A stretch of DNA of 64,000 nucleotides from Thermodesulfatator sp. (GTDB lineage Bacteria > Desulfobacterota > Thermodesulfobacteria > Thermodesulfobacteriales > Thermodesulfobacteriaceae), in contig JAMOQE010000045.1 in the NCBI GenBank assembly GCA_027064165.1, forward strand, positions 8,504-72,503, read 5' to 3'. Both the position numbers and the translations under genes were made by a program. Shown here in pieces: positions 18,573 through 28,501 of this stretch. Under the pieces are notes generated by a model. That model saw only the letters and a list, made by a program, of their open reading frames with translations, did no database searches and had not been told where the DNA came from. How positions within the stretch are numbered: position 1 is the stretch's first letter; each line of letters opens with the position of its first letter.

Positions 18573-19603
18573 ATAAATTCCTTTATACCTATGCCTATAG
18601 TTATTGCTCCTTGAGTATTTATGACTTGCAAATATTCTGGGCTAATATTTTCAGCAATTTTAACTTTTTTACTAATGTCAAAAAATTTAACCTCTTTATT
18701 AAATCTTTGAGCAATTAATTCTTTAATTCCACAGATTCTTGCCCCACCTCCTACCAGAAATATATCAGATATTTCTAAATTATATTTCCGAGAAGCTATA
18801 TCAAATCCGTACTCAAACTCAGTGAAAACTTCTTCCAGATACTCTCTAAAAATTTCTTTTACTTTATCCCTTCTATCTGTAGACAAAGGATCTACCATAA
18901 TCTTTTCTGCCTCCTCTGAAGAAATATGAAGTTTATCTTTCAACTTATCTTTAAATGTTTTCAAGCCTAACAAAAAAAGTTCCCTTGCATAAACTGGAGT
19001 ACTTTTATTAGAAAAAAACAATTTGATCTTACTAAAACCCCAATCTATAATAAGCCTCGGACCGTCTCCATACAAATGCTCTGCAAGATTATGAAGACTA
19101 ACGAAATCCACATCAATATTAATTACTTTATAATGTAAGCTATCAAAAAATTTTATATATTTGTCTATCACATTTTTTTTAGCTACTAAATAATAAACCT
19201 CATACTCTTCTCGCACAGGCAAAATGTAATAGCTATAATAAACATCATCAATTTTATAAGGAATTTCTTCATCTATCATTTCTTTTATTTTCTTTTTTTC
19301 TAACATTTCTGCATGGGTTGTAAAACTCCCTATAATTACCAATTCATAAGGCAAAGCCAGATAAATTTTTTTTGAAGGGCTTGAAATATTAGAAATTAAA
19401 TTCTGAAAATTGGTTTTTAATAGTTTTTCGTCATTGATTATCCCATTTATAAGAACATTTTCATAGGTACGTGCCTGAACAAAACCAGTCAATACAGGCT
19501 CATCATTTAGGATTTGAAATTCTGCCAGTTTAAGAGAGTAACTACCAAAGTCTACAGCAAGAAACTTTTCTTTCTTAATGAAAGATAATAATCTTTTAAA
19601 CAT
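18569..19603 (-). CDS. pilM: type IV pilus assembly protein PilM
   Basis: Actin-like fold motifs AVDFGSYSLK, IIDWG, LVGGGA; EEIPY; start taken as ATG 19603. Confidence 0.85.
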   Translation of the reverse strand: MFKRLLSFIKKEKFLAVDFGSYSLKLAEFQILNDEPVLTGFVQARTYENVLINGIINDEKLLKTNFQNLISNISSPSKKIYLALPYELVIIGSFTTHAEMLEKKKIKEMIDEEIPYKIDDVYYSYYILPVREEYEVYYLVAKKNVIDKYIKFFDSLHYKVINIDVDFVSLHNLAEHLYGDGPRLIIDWGFSKIKLFFSNKSTPVYARELFLLGLKTFKDKLKDKLHISSEEAEKIMVDPLSTDRRDKVKEIFREYLEEVFTEFEYGFDIASRKYNLEISDIFLVGGGARICGIKELIAQRFNKEVKFFDISKKVKIAENISPEYLQVINTQGAITIGIGIKEFI

Positions 19604-19611
19604 TAAAAGGT

Positions 19612-19640
19612 ATATTAACAAAATTTTAAAAAAAAAGCAA
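19612..19640 (-). promoter_or_regulatory. putative pilMNOPQ promoter
   Basis: Minus strand TTGCTT-17nt-TAATAT with TGn extension, 8 nt before ATG 19603, no SD. Confidence 0.45.
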
Positions 19641-19714
19641 GAAGATTGTTCTAATAAAACTGCAGAATATTTCTTACAATAAAAAAGTCCATTACCAAAA
19701 AGATTTGAGATTAT

Positions 19715-19742
19715 TTGACTTCAAACAAATTGATGCTATAAT
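19715..19742 (+). promoter_or_regulatory. putative sigma70 promoter of WP-repeat gene / coaD
   Basis: TTGACT-16nt-TATAAT with TGn extension. Confidence 0.55.
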
Positions 19743-19781
19743 TTATCTTCGTGGGAAAATTGCCGAAAACTTAATTTAAGT

Positions 19782-21239
19782 ATGACAAAAAGGTGTTGGG
19801 ATAAATTTCTTTTTGTAATAATCTCTTTCTTCATAATATATTTTCCCATTTCTGCACAGGCTTACGAAGATCTTTATTTTAAAAATTTCAATCTATGGCC
19901 TTTTTTTGTCTATTCTTACAACAAAATTTCTAAAAAAAGATCTATAGAACTACTTGGCCCTTTTATTTATAAAGAAAACAACTCCCATTCCCAAATATTT
20001 TCATTAAGACCTCTCTTTACCACAGTAGACACTCCGTACGAAAAAAAAGTATACTTTATTTCCCCACTGGGAATTTATAGTCAAAATAAAGAACGAACCT
20101 CCTTCAAATTTATTCCATTAATAAAAAAAACCTGGGGTGAAAATAACACTTTATATAATAAAAATCAAAATTTTATAGAAATTTTCCCTTTCTTTGCAGG
20201 AAAAGATAACAATAATAATACTTTTGGTGGAATTTTTCCTATTTATGGAACTCTTAAAAACTTTTTTGGAAAAAAAGAAATTATGTTTGTGCTCTGGCCT
20301 GTTTATACCAGAGTAAAATACGAAAACTATAAAGCTACCAGTTATTTCTGGCCATTTATTAGAATTATTACCTCTAAACAGTATCCAGATAGGTATAAAG
20401 GCGCCAAAATTTGGCCCATTTTTGGGAAATTTCAAGAAGCAAATACAGAAAGAAGTTTTACTCTATGGCCTTTTTATATAAAAAAAGAAGACAAAGATCC
20501 AGATTTCAAAAGCAAAACAATTATTAGTTTTCCTTTTTATGCAAAGGAAGATAATCCAGTTTATACAAGATTAATCCTTTTATGGCCTTTTTATCAACAA
20601 GTTAAAGGAAAAAAAAGAAAATATTATCAGATTGATTTTCCGTGGCCTTTTTACAGAAAAATTGAAGGTGAGAATGTAAAAGGCTCACGCCTCTGGCCTT
20701 TTTTTGGATGGAAAACTTCTACTGAAGAAAAGAGTTCCTTTCTTATATGGCCTTTTTATTTTCACAATGAGTTGAGGATTCAGAGAAAAAGCATCCTTTA
20801 CTTCAAGAAAGATGATAGATTCCTTGTACTCTCAAAATTGGTTAAGATTTCGCAAAATAATAAACCTCTTTTAAGAGAAGCAAGGATTTGGCCTTTAGGG
20901 TATAGCTTTGAACATTATGACAGAAAGACAAATGAATTTTATGCACCTGCCTTATTTCCATTCAGAAATAAGGGTATAGAATATAATTATCTACCTCTAT
21001 TAACCTTAATTCATCAAAAAAATCAGAACAAAATCTCCGAAACAAAACTTTTTTGGGGCCTGTATAGAAGTGAAAGAGTGGAAAATGAAAGGATAGATGA
21101 ACTTGCTTTTCTCATCAGAAGGGTCAAAGGACCAGAGACTAATTATGTGGAATTTTTAGAAGGCCTCCTTGGGTTTGGGAAAATTGAGGGCAATTCAGTA
21201 TTTAAATTTATGTTTATTCCTCTGGAGCAAAAAAAATGA
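19782..21239 (+). CDS. hypothetical exported protein with hWPF(Y/F)-type repeats
   Basis: 485 aa ORF, signal peptide ending SAQA, 10 WP motifs plus about 10 degenerate copies; ATGA overlap with coaD. Confidence 0.8.
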   Translation: MTKRCWDKFLFVIISFFIIYFPISAQAYEDLYFKNFNLWPFFVYSYNKISKKRSIELLGPFIYKENNSHSQIFSLRPLFTTVDTPYEKKVYFISPLGIYSQNKERTSFKFIPLIKKTWGENNTLYNKNQNFIEIFPFFAGKDNNNNTFGGIFPIYGTLKNFFGKKEIMFVLWPVYTRVKYENYKATSYFWPFIRIITSKQYPDRYKGAKIWPIFGKFQEANTERSFTLWPFYIKKEDKDPDFKSKTIISFPFYAKEDNPVYTRLILLWPFYQQVKGKKRKYYQIDFPWPFYRKIEGENVKGSRLWPFFGWKTSTEEKSSFLIWPFYFHNELRIQRKSILYFKKDDRFLVLSKLVKISQNNKPLLREARIWPLGYSFEHYDRKTNEFYAPALFPFRNKGIEYNYLPLLTLIHQKNQNKISETKLFWGLYRSERVENERIDELAFLIRRVKGPETNYVEFLEGLLGFGKIEGNSVFKFMFIPLEQKK

Positions 21240-21739
21240 AAATTGCAATATATCCGGGTACCTTTGATCCCATTACCAATGGACACCTTGATATCATAAA
21301 AAGAGCCGCCAGACTTTTTGATAAAGTCATTGTGGCTATTGGAGAAAACCCCAATAAAAAACCACTTTTTAACATAGAAGAACGAGTTTTACTGGCTAAA
21401 GAAGCTACTAAAACCTTGCCTTACCCTGAAAAAGTAGAAATTGAAGCATTTCACGGATTATTGGTAGATTTTGCCAGGCAAAAAGGAGCCTGTGTAATTA
21501 TAAGAGGCTTAAGGGCAGTATCAGATTTTGAGTATGAAATGCAGCTTGCTCTTATGAATAGAAAGCTTTCTAATAGTATTGATACTATTTTTCTTATGCC
21601 GAGTTTAAAGTGGATATTTTTAAGCTCGTCTATAGTAAAAGAAGCTGCCAGATTAGGAGGAAATATAGAAGACCTGGTTCCTGAGATAGTGGCTAAAAAA
21701 TTGAAAGAAAAGTTTAAAAAGGGGCCAAAAGGCCCCTAA
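21236..21739 (+). CDS. coaD: pantetheine-phosphate adenylyltransferase
   Basis: [31 protein letters not shown]. Confidence 0.98.
   Translation: MKIAIYPGTFDPITNGHLDIIKRAARLFDKVIVAIGENPNKKPLFNIEERVLLAKEATKTLPYPEKVEIEAFHGLLVDFARQKGACVIIRGLRAVSDFEYEMQLALMNRKLSNSIDTIFLMPSLKWIFLSSSIVKEAARLGGNIEDLVPEIVAKKLKEKFKKGPKGP
21716..21737 (-). terminator. rho-independent terminator after ferredoxin, inside coaD 3' end
   Basis: AGGGGCC-aaaa-GGCCCCT with T-tract on the minus strand. Confidence 0.6.
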
Positions 21740-21748
21740 GAATATTAC

Positions 21749-21937
21749 CTACACCTCGTTTACAGTAATAGACCCAGTAGGACAAACTTCCACACAGGTC
21801 ATACAACCAAGACAATCTTCAGGCCTTGCTACAACAGGCTTATCGTCCTCGCCTTTGTCATAAACCTGGGCAGGACAGGAATCAATGCAGGTCCCACAAG
21901 CTTCACAGGTGTCATAGTTTACAGTAATTTCAAACAT
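21749..21937 (-). CDS. 2x[4Fe-4S] ferredoxin
   Basis: CEACGTCIDSCP and CLGCMTCVEVCP; AGGAGG RBS. Confidence 0.93.
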   Translation of the reverse strand: MFEITVNYDTCEACGTCIDSCPAQVYDKGEDDKPVVARPEDCLGCMTCVEVCPTGSITVNEV

Positions 21938-21949
21938 CTTACACCTCCT

Positions 21950-23332
21950 TTAGGATTTATTTTTAAATTCTTTAGCACGTTTCAAAAAATTCTCAGCCCA
22001 GTTTTTTACACTATAAGCATGTATGTGTAAGTATCCAGCTAAAACATTTTTATAAAGTACACCGTCATATTTGCCATCTATCCCAAAACCTTTCTCTATT
22101 TGATATATATACTTCAAAAAATTATTTTTGTCAATTGGTTGTGCTTTAGAATAATGAAATTCATGGCCTTTGAGAGTTTGATTCAAATCAAAATAAGGAT
22201 TCTCCTCCACGACTTTTGCAATAACATAGCCATGCCCCTGCGGTTTCTTATCCACCACAAATTTAAAGGGTAAAACACCACACATAGGATAACTTTTGCC
22301 TTTCCATTCTATTTCTTTACCAAGATACATAAATCCTCCACACTCCGCATATATTGGCATTCCTTCTTCTGCGGCCTCTTTAAGCGCCCTCATTATCTTT
22401 TCATTTGCTGCCAATTTTTCTGCCTGTAATTCTGGAAATCCACCTCCTAAATACACACAATCAACTTCTGGGAAAGAATCTTCCATAGCATTTATATACA
22501 CAAGCTCCGCACCAAGCCTGACAAGTTCGTCCAGATTTTCTGGATAATAAAATTGAAAAGAGGGATCTCTAAAAACTGCCACCTTTATTTCTTTAAAAAC
22601 ACCATCATCTTTCTGGCCAATTTCTGGAATATAAAGTTGAGGAGCACTTCTTGCTACTTTTAAAATGCGTTCCCAATCACAATTTTCTTGAACCATCTCT
22701 AAAAGTTCCTGTAAAAAAGAATTCTCTTCGTATTCTAAAGAAGTAATAAGCCCAAGGTGCCTTTCCTTAGGAGAGGTTTTAAGTTTATAAATAACTCCAA
22801 GTACAGGGACCCCTGTATAATATTCAATAGAATTCCTTATTACATTGGCATGTCTTTCTCTTGCTATTTTGTTTAAAATCACCCCTCTTATATCCAGACC
22901 TTCTTCAAATTCTAAAAAACCCTTTACTAAAGCTGCTAAACTCCTTGTAACCTTCGTACAGTCAAGAACCAAAATAATAGGGGCCTTTAAAAGATAGGCC
23001 AGACGAGAAGAACTACAGCTTCCCTTAAAATCCATTCCGTCAAAAAGTCCTCTATTCCCTTCAATTACAGCAATATCACAGTCCTTTGCTCCCTGATAAA
23101 AAGAAAAAAGATTATGAGCTTCATCAAAAAGAAACATGTCCAGATTACGACAGGATCTACCAGAAACCTTTCTTAACCAGCCAGCATCTATATAATCCGG
23201 TCCTTTTTTAAAACAAGTAACTGTATACCCACGGGTTTTAAGATAATGAAGAATTCCAAGAGTAAAAAGAGTCTTTCCAGCCCCTCCCTTATGAGAGGCA
23301 ATAAAAAGACGGGGAATGGAAAAAGTTATCAT
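21950..23332 (-). CDS. dsrN: cobyrinate a,c-diamide synthase family, probably siroheme amidase DsrN
   Basis: GGAGKT, FKKGPDYID, EGNRGLFDG, ERHLGL, YAECGG, GHEFHYS; family is clear, DsrN inferred from adjacency to dsrP. Confidence 0.75.
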   Translation of the reverse strand: MITFSIPRLFIASHKGGAGKTLFTLGILHYLKTRGYTVTCFKKGPDYIDAGWLRKVSGRSCRNLDMFLFDEAHNLFSFYQGAKDCDIAVIEGNRGLFDGMDFKGSCSSSRLAYLLKAPIILVLDCTKVTRSLAALVKGFLEFEEGLDIRGVILNKIARERHANVIRNSIEYYTGVPVLGVIYKLKTSPKERHLGLITSLEYEENSFLQELLEMVQENCDWERILKVARSAPQLYIPEIGQKDDGVFKEIKVAVFRDPSFQFYYPENLDELVRLGAELVYINAMEDSFPEVDCVYLGGGFPELQAEKLAANEKIMRALKEAAEEGMPIYAECGGFMYLGKEIEWKGKSYPMCGVLPFKFVVDKKPQGHGYVIAKVVEENPYFDLNQTLKGHEFHYSKAQPIDKNNFLKYIYQIEKGFGIDGKYDGVLYKNVLAGYLHIHAYSVKNWAENFLKRAKEFKNKS

Positions 23333-23373
23333 AATTTATCTTAAAATTTTACTGAAAAGATTTGCTAAATGTT

Positions 23374-23404
23374 TTTCAGGAGGAGGGAAAACCTCCTCCT
23401 GAAA
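23374..23404. terminator. strong stem-loop between dsrP and dsrN
   Basis: TTTCAGGAGGAGG-5nt-CCTCCTCCTGAAA perfect 13-bp inverted repeat. Confidence 0.65.
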
Positions 23405-23420
23405 CCAGGCTCAATTTTTC

Positions 23421-24602
23421 TTAGTTTCCTTTCATTTTAACTACAAGATTTTTAGATTGATAAACAGATACTGCTATTTTCCAGAGAATAGTTACAATCA
23501 GAAAACCAATAGCCCAAACAGCCACACCAATCATAACCTCGCCAAAAGTTGGCTTGTAAGGAACCACTACACCCTGAGGATTGGGAGTAAAACCACCTAT
23601 CATTAAGAGAAGCCCTTTGTCTATCCATACAGAAAGTACCACAGCAATACATGCAAGAACAAGGGTTGTCTCATTTTTACGGGTCTGGGGAATCACAAGT
23701 AAGGTTAAACCTATTAAAGCAAGAATCACAGAAGCCCAGGCAAAACCTACCCATTCAGAATGCCCCTGAAGTCCAGAGAAAAGATAAATAAAAGGTTCTG
23801 TATGCTCAGGGATTCCACTATAGAAAGCTGTAAAAAGCTCAAAGCATATAAATAAAAGATTTATAATAAAAGCATAAGTAATTATCTTTGAAAGGGTATC
23901 AACAGCTTTTTTACCAATATCAAACCCTGTAAGCTTCTTTAAAAGAAGGGCAAGGACTAAAAGAAGAGCAGGTCCTGCAGAAAAAGCAGAGGCTAAAAAT
24001 CTCGGAGCCATAATAGCTGTAAGCCAGAAACCTCTTCCAGGTAAACCCTGAATAAGAAAGGCTGTTACCATATGAATGGAAGGTCCCCAGAGAATAGCCC
24101 AGTAAATAAAAGGCTTAAGCCAGGAAGGATATTTAGTCTCTTTATATTCCGCATGAAGAACTGTCCATCCACAGAGAAGATTTAAAAATAGATAAGTAGA
24201 AAGCACTATCAGGTCATAAAAGATAATAGAATGTGGCGTAGGATAAAGAAGAACATTAAACACTCTTTGAGGTTGCCCCATAATCACAAATACAGAAAGC
24301 ATAGAAACTACAACCATTCCCACTGCAAAAAATTCAGCAAGAACCGTAAGTCTGCCAAATTCCTTACAATTGTGTAAATAGTAAGGAAGCACTATCATAA
24401 CAGCAGATGCTGCAGCACCAACAAAAAAGGCAAGCTGTCCAATATGGAAACCCCAAGTCAAATCTTTATGTAAACCACAAACCACACCTGTACCAAGTTT
24501 GTGCTCTAAAACCCAGTAGTAAAATCCTATGGCTATAATAACAAGCAAACACAAAATCCAGATCCAATATTTCGGCCTTCCTTTCAATGCATATTCTAAC
24601 AT
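23421..24602 (-). CDS. dsrP: DsrP, NrfD/PsrC-family membrane subunit
   Basis: WG..I..F.VG.AA.AVM..LPYY, SIH.VTAF, APRFLASAFSAGPA; operon order. Confidence 0.93.
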   Translation of the reverse strand: MLEYALKGRPKYWIWILCLLVIIAIGFYYWVLEHKLGTGVVCGLHKDLTWGFHIGQLAFFVGAAASAVMIVLPYYLHNCKEFGRLTVLAEFFAVGMVVVSMLSVFVIMGQPQRVFNVLLYPTPHSIIFYDLIVLSTYLFLNLLCGWTVLHAEYKETKYPSWLKPFIYWAILWGPSIHMVTAFLIQGLPGRGFWLTAIMAPRFLASAFSAGPALLLVLALLLKKLTGFDIGKKAVDTLSKIITYAFIINLLFICFELFTAFYSGIPEHTEPFIYLFSGLQGHSEWVGFAWASVILALIGLTLLVIPQTRKNETTLVLACIAVVLSVWIDKGLLLMIGGFTPNPQGVVVPYKPTFGEVMIGVAVWAIGFLIVTILWKIAVSVYQSKNLVVKMKGN

Positions 24603-24614
24603 CTCAAGCCCTCC

Positions 24615-25391
24615 TTACACAATGTAAAATACCATTGGTTTAGTTCCAAGTTGTGGCTTCCTTACCAGCACAAGATTTTCTTTAATAACCCTCGTTATTT
24701 CAGCCTCTGGATCGTAAATATTACCAAAATATATTTTTCCTTTAGCTGCTTCTACACAATAAGGCAGTTTCCCTTGGTCAAGCCTTTCATAGCAGAAAAT
24801 ACACTTTTCAACTACTCCCATAGTCCTTGCAGGGTACTCAGGATTTACATGCTTTAAGTATTCCTTAGGATGGAAGAAATTATAACTACGAGAGCCATAA
24901 GGACAGGCTGTCATACAAAATTTACATCCTATACATCTATGATAGTCCTGTACAACTATTCCATCAGGCCTCTGAAAAGTTGCCTGAACAGGACATACTC
25001 TTACACAGACAGGATTTTCACAGTGGTTACATAAAAGAAGATATTTTCTATTTCTTAACTCCTCAGAAGGATCTTCCTCTGCAAGCTCAGGAAAGGCATG
25101 CTCAAAAGTATCTTCCCAGATCCACCTTACAGCCTTGGTGGGCTCGGGAATATCAGGAACATTATGGGCTCGGTGACAGGCCTCTATTATCCTTTTGCAA
25201 TCCTCTTCTGTAAGACGTCTTGTATCAATTGCCATTGCCCAGCGAACTTTACCTTTTTTCCCTTCTCCCACTACCTGAGCAAGGACTTCATCACCCCTAC
25301 ATAGCACGAACTCTTCTAAGGAGAAAACACCTGTACCAAACAAAAAAGAAAGGCCAGCAATTTTTAAAAATTTTCTTCTATCTATTGCCAT
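24615..25391 (-). CDS. dsrO: DsrO, Tat-exported iron-sulfur subunit
   Basis: DRRKFLK Tat signal, ACH..HNVP, CNHCENPVCVRVCP, CIGCKFCMTACP, VVEKC.FC. Confidence 0.94.
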   Translation of the reverse strand: MAIDRRKFLKIAGLSFLFGTGVFSLEEFVLCRGDEVLAQVVGEGKKGKVRWAMAIDTRRLTEEDCKRIIEACHRAHNVPDIPEPTKAVRWIWEDTFEHAFPELAEEDPSEELRNRKYLLLCNHCENPVCVRVCPVQATFQRPDGIVVQDYHRCIGCKFCMTACPYGSRSYNFFHPKEYLKHVNPEYPARTMGVVEKCIFCYERLDQGKLPYCVEAAKGKIYFGNIYDPEAEITRVIKENLVLVRKPQLGTKPMVFYIV

Positions 25392-25785
25392 TTTGCCACC
25401 TCCTCAGTTTTGCCACTTCCTCAGGGGCTATGTGACAGTGCCAACAATCTGGATGAGTTGCTACAAATTTGTGGCACCTGTCACAAAACTTTTCATTACT
25501 TTTATGACACTTCATACATGTGTTCTGAAGGCTGATAAGATATGTCTTTCCATCCGCTCCAACAAATGTTCTCTTTCCTTCTCTTATAGCCATATTCCTC
25601 CACTTAAGAAGGAGTTTCATATGATAAGCCCTCATGTATTCCTTGGACTCTACACAATTTTTTTCTTCCTTGGGAAGCTCCGGTCGTGGAATAGCTTTTG
25701 CTCCTCCCAAATTTAACCACATGGGAATTGTAAAAAAGATGATAAAAATAATAATTCCTGGAATCACTTTGTCACTGTTGTACAT
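25378..25785 (-). CDS. dsrJ: DsrJ triheme cytochrome c
   Basis: CVE...MR..HM, CMKCH, CDRCH, CWHCH. Confidence 0.94.
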   Translation of the reverse strand: MYNSDKVIPGIIIFIIFFTIPMWLNLGGAKAIPRPELPKEEKNCVESKEYMRAYHMKLLLKWRNMAIREGKRTFVGADGKTYLISLQNTCMKCHKSNEKFCDRCHKFVATHPDCWHCHIAPEEVAKLRRWQNGNR

Positions 25786-25788
25786 GGC

Positions 25789-27414
25789 TTATACCCCCTC
25801 TCCTTCTTTGCCTTCTTTACCTTTTAATGGACGATATCTTAAATCCATAGTCCTTTCTTTTTCACCATCAAGTACAATTGCATTACCCACAAGCTCATGC
25901 ACACCACATACATCCACCCCAGGAACCCAGTAGTCCATAAGGGCAGGAAAGACCGCCCTATCAATAGCACAAATACAGGCAAGATGATTTACTCCGTACT
26001 TTTTTCTTACATATTCTACAGCATTAGCCCTCGGAAAACCTCCCCTCATCCTCATTTCCATATATTCATCTGCATTAAGACCTGATCCACTTCCGCAGCA
26101 GAATGTCTTTTCTCTAATGGTATTTTCTGGCATTTCAACAAAATTATTGCAAACATTTTTAAGAATAAATCTTGGCTCTTCAAGAATTCCCATAGCACGG
26201 GAAGGATTGCAGGAGTCATGGAAAGTTACCACAACATGGTCATTCCTTGAAGGATCAAGTTTAAGCTTATTGTGAGCAATAAGATCTGCTGTAAATTCAC
26301 ATATATGGACAATCTTATTATCTTTAGCATTTTCAAAAACTGTTCCAGTAATAGGGGACTTGGGCACTTCAAGGAAATCCACAGGACCATACCAGGTGTT
26401 ATGATATTGATGCCATACCCTCCACATGTGTCCACATTCACCACCAAGAATCCATTTAACTTTAAGACGCCGTGCCTCTTCATAAATCTTTGCATGAAGT
26501 TTCTTTGCAAGCTCAAGTTTATTGAAAAATCCAAAGTTTCCAGACTCCGAAGCATAGGTGCTTATAGTATAATCCAATCCAATGTGATGAAAAAGAATAA
26601 GATAACCCATAAAATTATAAATCCCCGGGTCTGCAAAGTAGTCTCCAGAAGGAGGAACAAAAAGCACCTCAGCTCCTTTCTTATTAATGGGAACTTCTAT
26701 TTTTACACCGGTGATTTCTTCAATGTCCATCACTAAATATTCTATAATTTCCTTCAAAGTGTGAGGCTGAATTCCAATGTGGTTACCCACGATATGACAG
26801 AATCTAACCGGCTTCATCGCCCAGTCTATAGCAATACCAAGCTCGTGAAGGACTTCTCTCATCACAATAGTAATTTCTGCAGTGTCTATGCCATAAGGAC
26901 AAAAAACTGAACACCTTCTACATTCTGTACATTGATAAAAATAATAAAACCATTCTTTTATTATATCTTCAGTAAGCTCCCTTGCTCCGGCAAGTCTCCC
27001 AAAAAGTTTACCCAGAGGAGAAAATTCTCCTTTAATAACCGACCTTACAAGCTCTCCTCTTAAAACAGGCATATTCTTGGGATCTCCACTCCCTAAGAAA
27101 AAGTGACACTTGTCTGCACAGGCTCCACACCTTACACAAATGTCCATAAAAAGTTTAAAAGAACGAAAACGATTGAGCCTATCTCTTAAGGCATTTAAAG
27201 TGCGCTCCTTCCAGTCAGGAGGAAGGGGCCATTTTTCATCATGGGGTTGCCATTGGCCCATGTGAGGAAGCCCTAAATCTTCCATTACCTGCGGCTCTAC
27301 TGCATAACAATAAGTCCCTCTCTTAAACTCTGGCTTTATATCCATCCAGTGTTTTTCTGGAGCCTTGTGCAGGTTCACATCCTGTAAAAGCTCGTCTGGT
27401 TTTGGAAGTGCCAT
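25789..27414 (-). CDS. dsrK: DsrK, HdrD-like Fe-S subunit
   Basis: CVRCGACADKC, CTECRRCSVFCP, GECGH, HDSCN, CCGSG, CAIDR. Confidence 0.96.
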   Translation of the reverse strand: MALPKPDELLQDVNLHKAPEKHWMDIKPEFKRGTYCYAVEPQVMEDLGLPHMGQWQPHDEKWPLPPDWKERTLNALRDRLNRFRSFKLFMDICVRCGACADKCHFFLGSGDPKNMPVLRGELVRSVIKGEFSPLGKLFGRLAGARELTEDIIKEWFYYFYQCTECRRCSVFCPYGIDTAEITIVMREVLHELGIAIDWAMKPVRFCHIVGNHIGIQPHTLKEIIEYLVMDIEEITGVKIEVPINKKGAEVLFVPPSGDYFADPGIYNFMGYLILFHHIGLDYTISTYASESGNFGFFNKLELAKKLHAKIYEEARRLKVKWILGGECGHMWRVWHQYHNTWYGPVDFLEVPKSPITGTVFENAKDNKIVHICEFTADLIAHNKLKLDPSRNDHVVVTFHDSCNPSRAMGILEEPRFILKNVCNNFVEMPENTIREKTFCCGSGSGLNADEYMEMRMRGGFPRANAVEYVRKKYGVNHLACICAIDRAVFPALMDYWVPGVDVCGVHELVGNAIVLDGEKERTMDLRYRPLKGKEGKEGEGV

Positions 27415-27438
27415 ACCTATCCCTCCCCTTAAAATTCT

Positions 27439-28476
27439 TTAAGCTGCTTTATTTTCTTTTGCTACATTCTGACCCTTACACCACTCTTCATCTAATTCAA
27501 AACCAGCCTGCTGAAGTTGTTCTTTAAAGTGCTCCTGCCATTCACAGAAAGTATGATACTTTACAGGGTAATCCCAAGGATTTACATACCTTCTCATACG
27601 GTTATCATTGGGCAGGTTCCTGGTAGGAGAAAAGAAGACTCCCACCATGTGCACAAGTTTACTAAACGGAAAATAAGCCGCAAGAGTGCAAACCAAAAAG
27701 AGATGTACAAAAAATATAGTACCAATGTGGGCATCCTTAGGCATAGCTGGATGTAAAGTCGCAAGGCCTATAGCAAGTTCCTTTACACCATACACATCTA
27801 CTTTATAAACATGCCTCATCAATATCCCTGAAATCACTATTCCTAAAATCAAAAACAGTGGGAAATAATCAGAAGCATGAGAAATGTAAGAAACTTTGGC
27901 ATCTACCAGCCTTCTTAAAAGAAGGAAAAGAAGACCGCCAAGAATCATAAGATCTGTGATATAAATAGGAGGAAAACCTATCTGGAAAAAGCTATCCACA
28001 TAATCAATATAATTTAGAATAGAAGGAACATGATAAAGAAATAGTCTCAAATGCCTTATAAGGACAATAAAAAATCCCCAGTGAAAGAGAATAGCTCCAA
28101 ACCAGAGCCATTTAGCAGAACCATAAATAAGCCGCCTTCCCTGAAGATCTGCCCTCAAATTTCTAAAGAGACTCCTAAAAAACACAACTTCAAAAAACAT
28201 CCTCAGCACAACTTCCCAGGTGTTTGCAGGAGACTCAAGCCTGCTGTACTTAATCCAGGGAAGACTTTTTTCCTGGCCACATACACTGGGAATTTTAAAT
28301 GGCTGAGGAACCCGAGCCCATTGCACTATTCTATAAATTAAACCTATAAAAAACACAAAAAAAGCTAAATAAGGAATTACTATACCAAAAAAACTGTCCA
28401 AACCCAGGGCTGAAACCCCTATCCACGGTATAAGAATTAATGCAATTACCGCAAGCAAGCTTACTCCTACATTCAT
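27439..28476 (-). CDS. dsrM: DsrM, NarI-like cytochrome b
   Basis: CGQEKSLPWI, FRSLFRN, FHW...RHLR, HLFLV..L..YFPFSKL.H, PTRN. Confidence 0.95.
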   Translation of the reverse strand: MNVGVSLLAVIALILIPWIGVSALGLDSFFGIVIPYLAFFVFFIGLIYRIVQWARVPQPFKIPSVCGQEKSLPWIKYSRLESPANTWEVVLRMFFEVVFFRSLFRNLRADLQGRRLIYGSAKWLWFGAILFHWGFFIVLIRHLRLFLYHVPSILNYIDYVDSFFQIGFPPIYITDLMILGGLLFLLLRRLVDAKVSYISHASDYFPLFLILGIVISGILMRHVYKVDVYGVKELAIGLATLHPAMPKDAHIGTIFFVHLFLVCTLAAYFPFSKLVHMVGVFFSPTRNLPNDNRMRRYVNPWDYPVKYHTFCEWQEHFKEQLQQAGFELDEEWCKGQNVAKENKAA

Positions 28477-28501
28477 AAGCCTCTCCCTCTATTATTTATT
28501 T

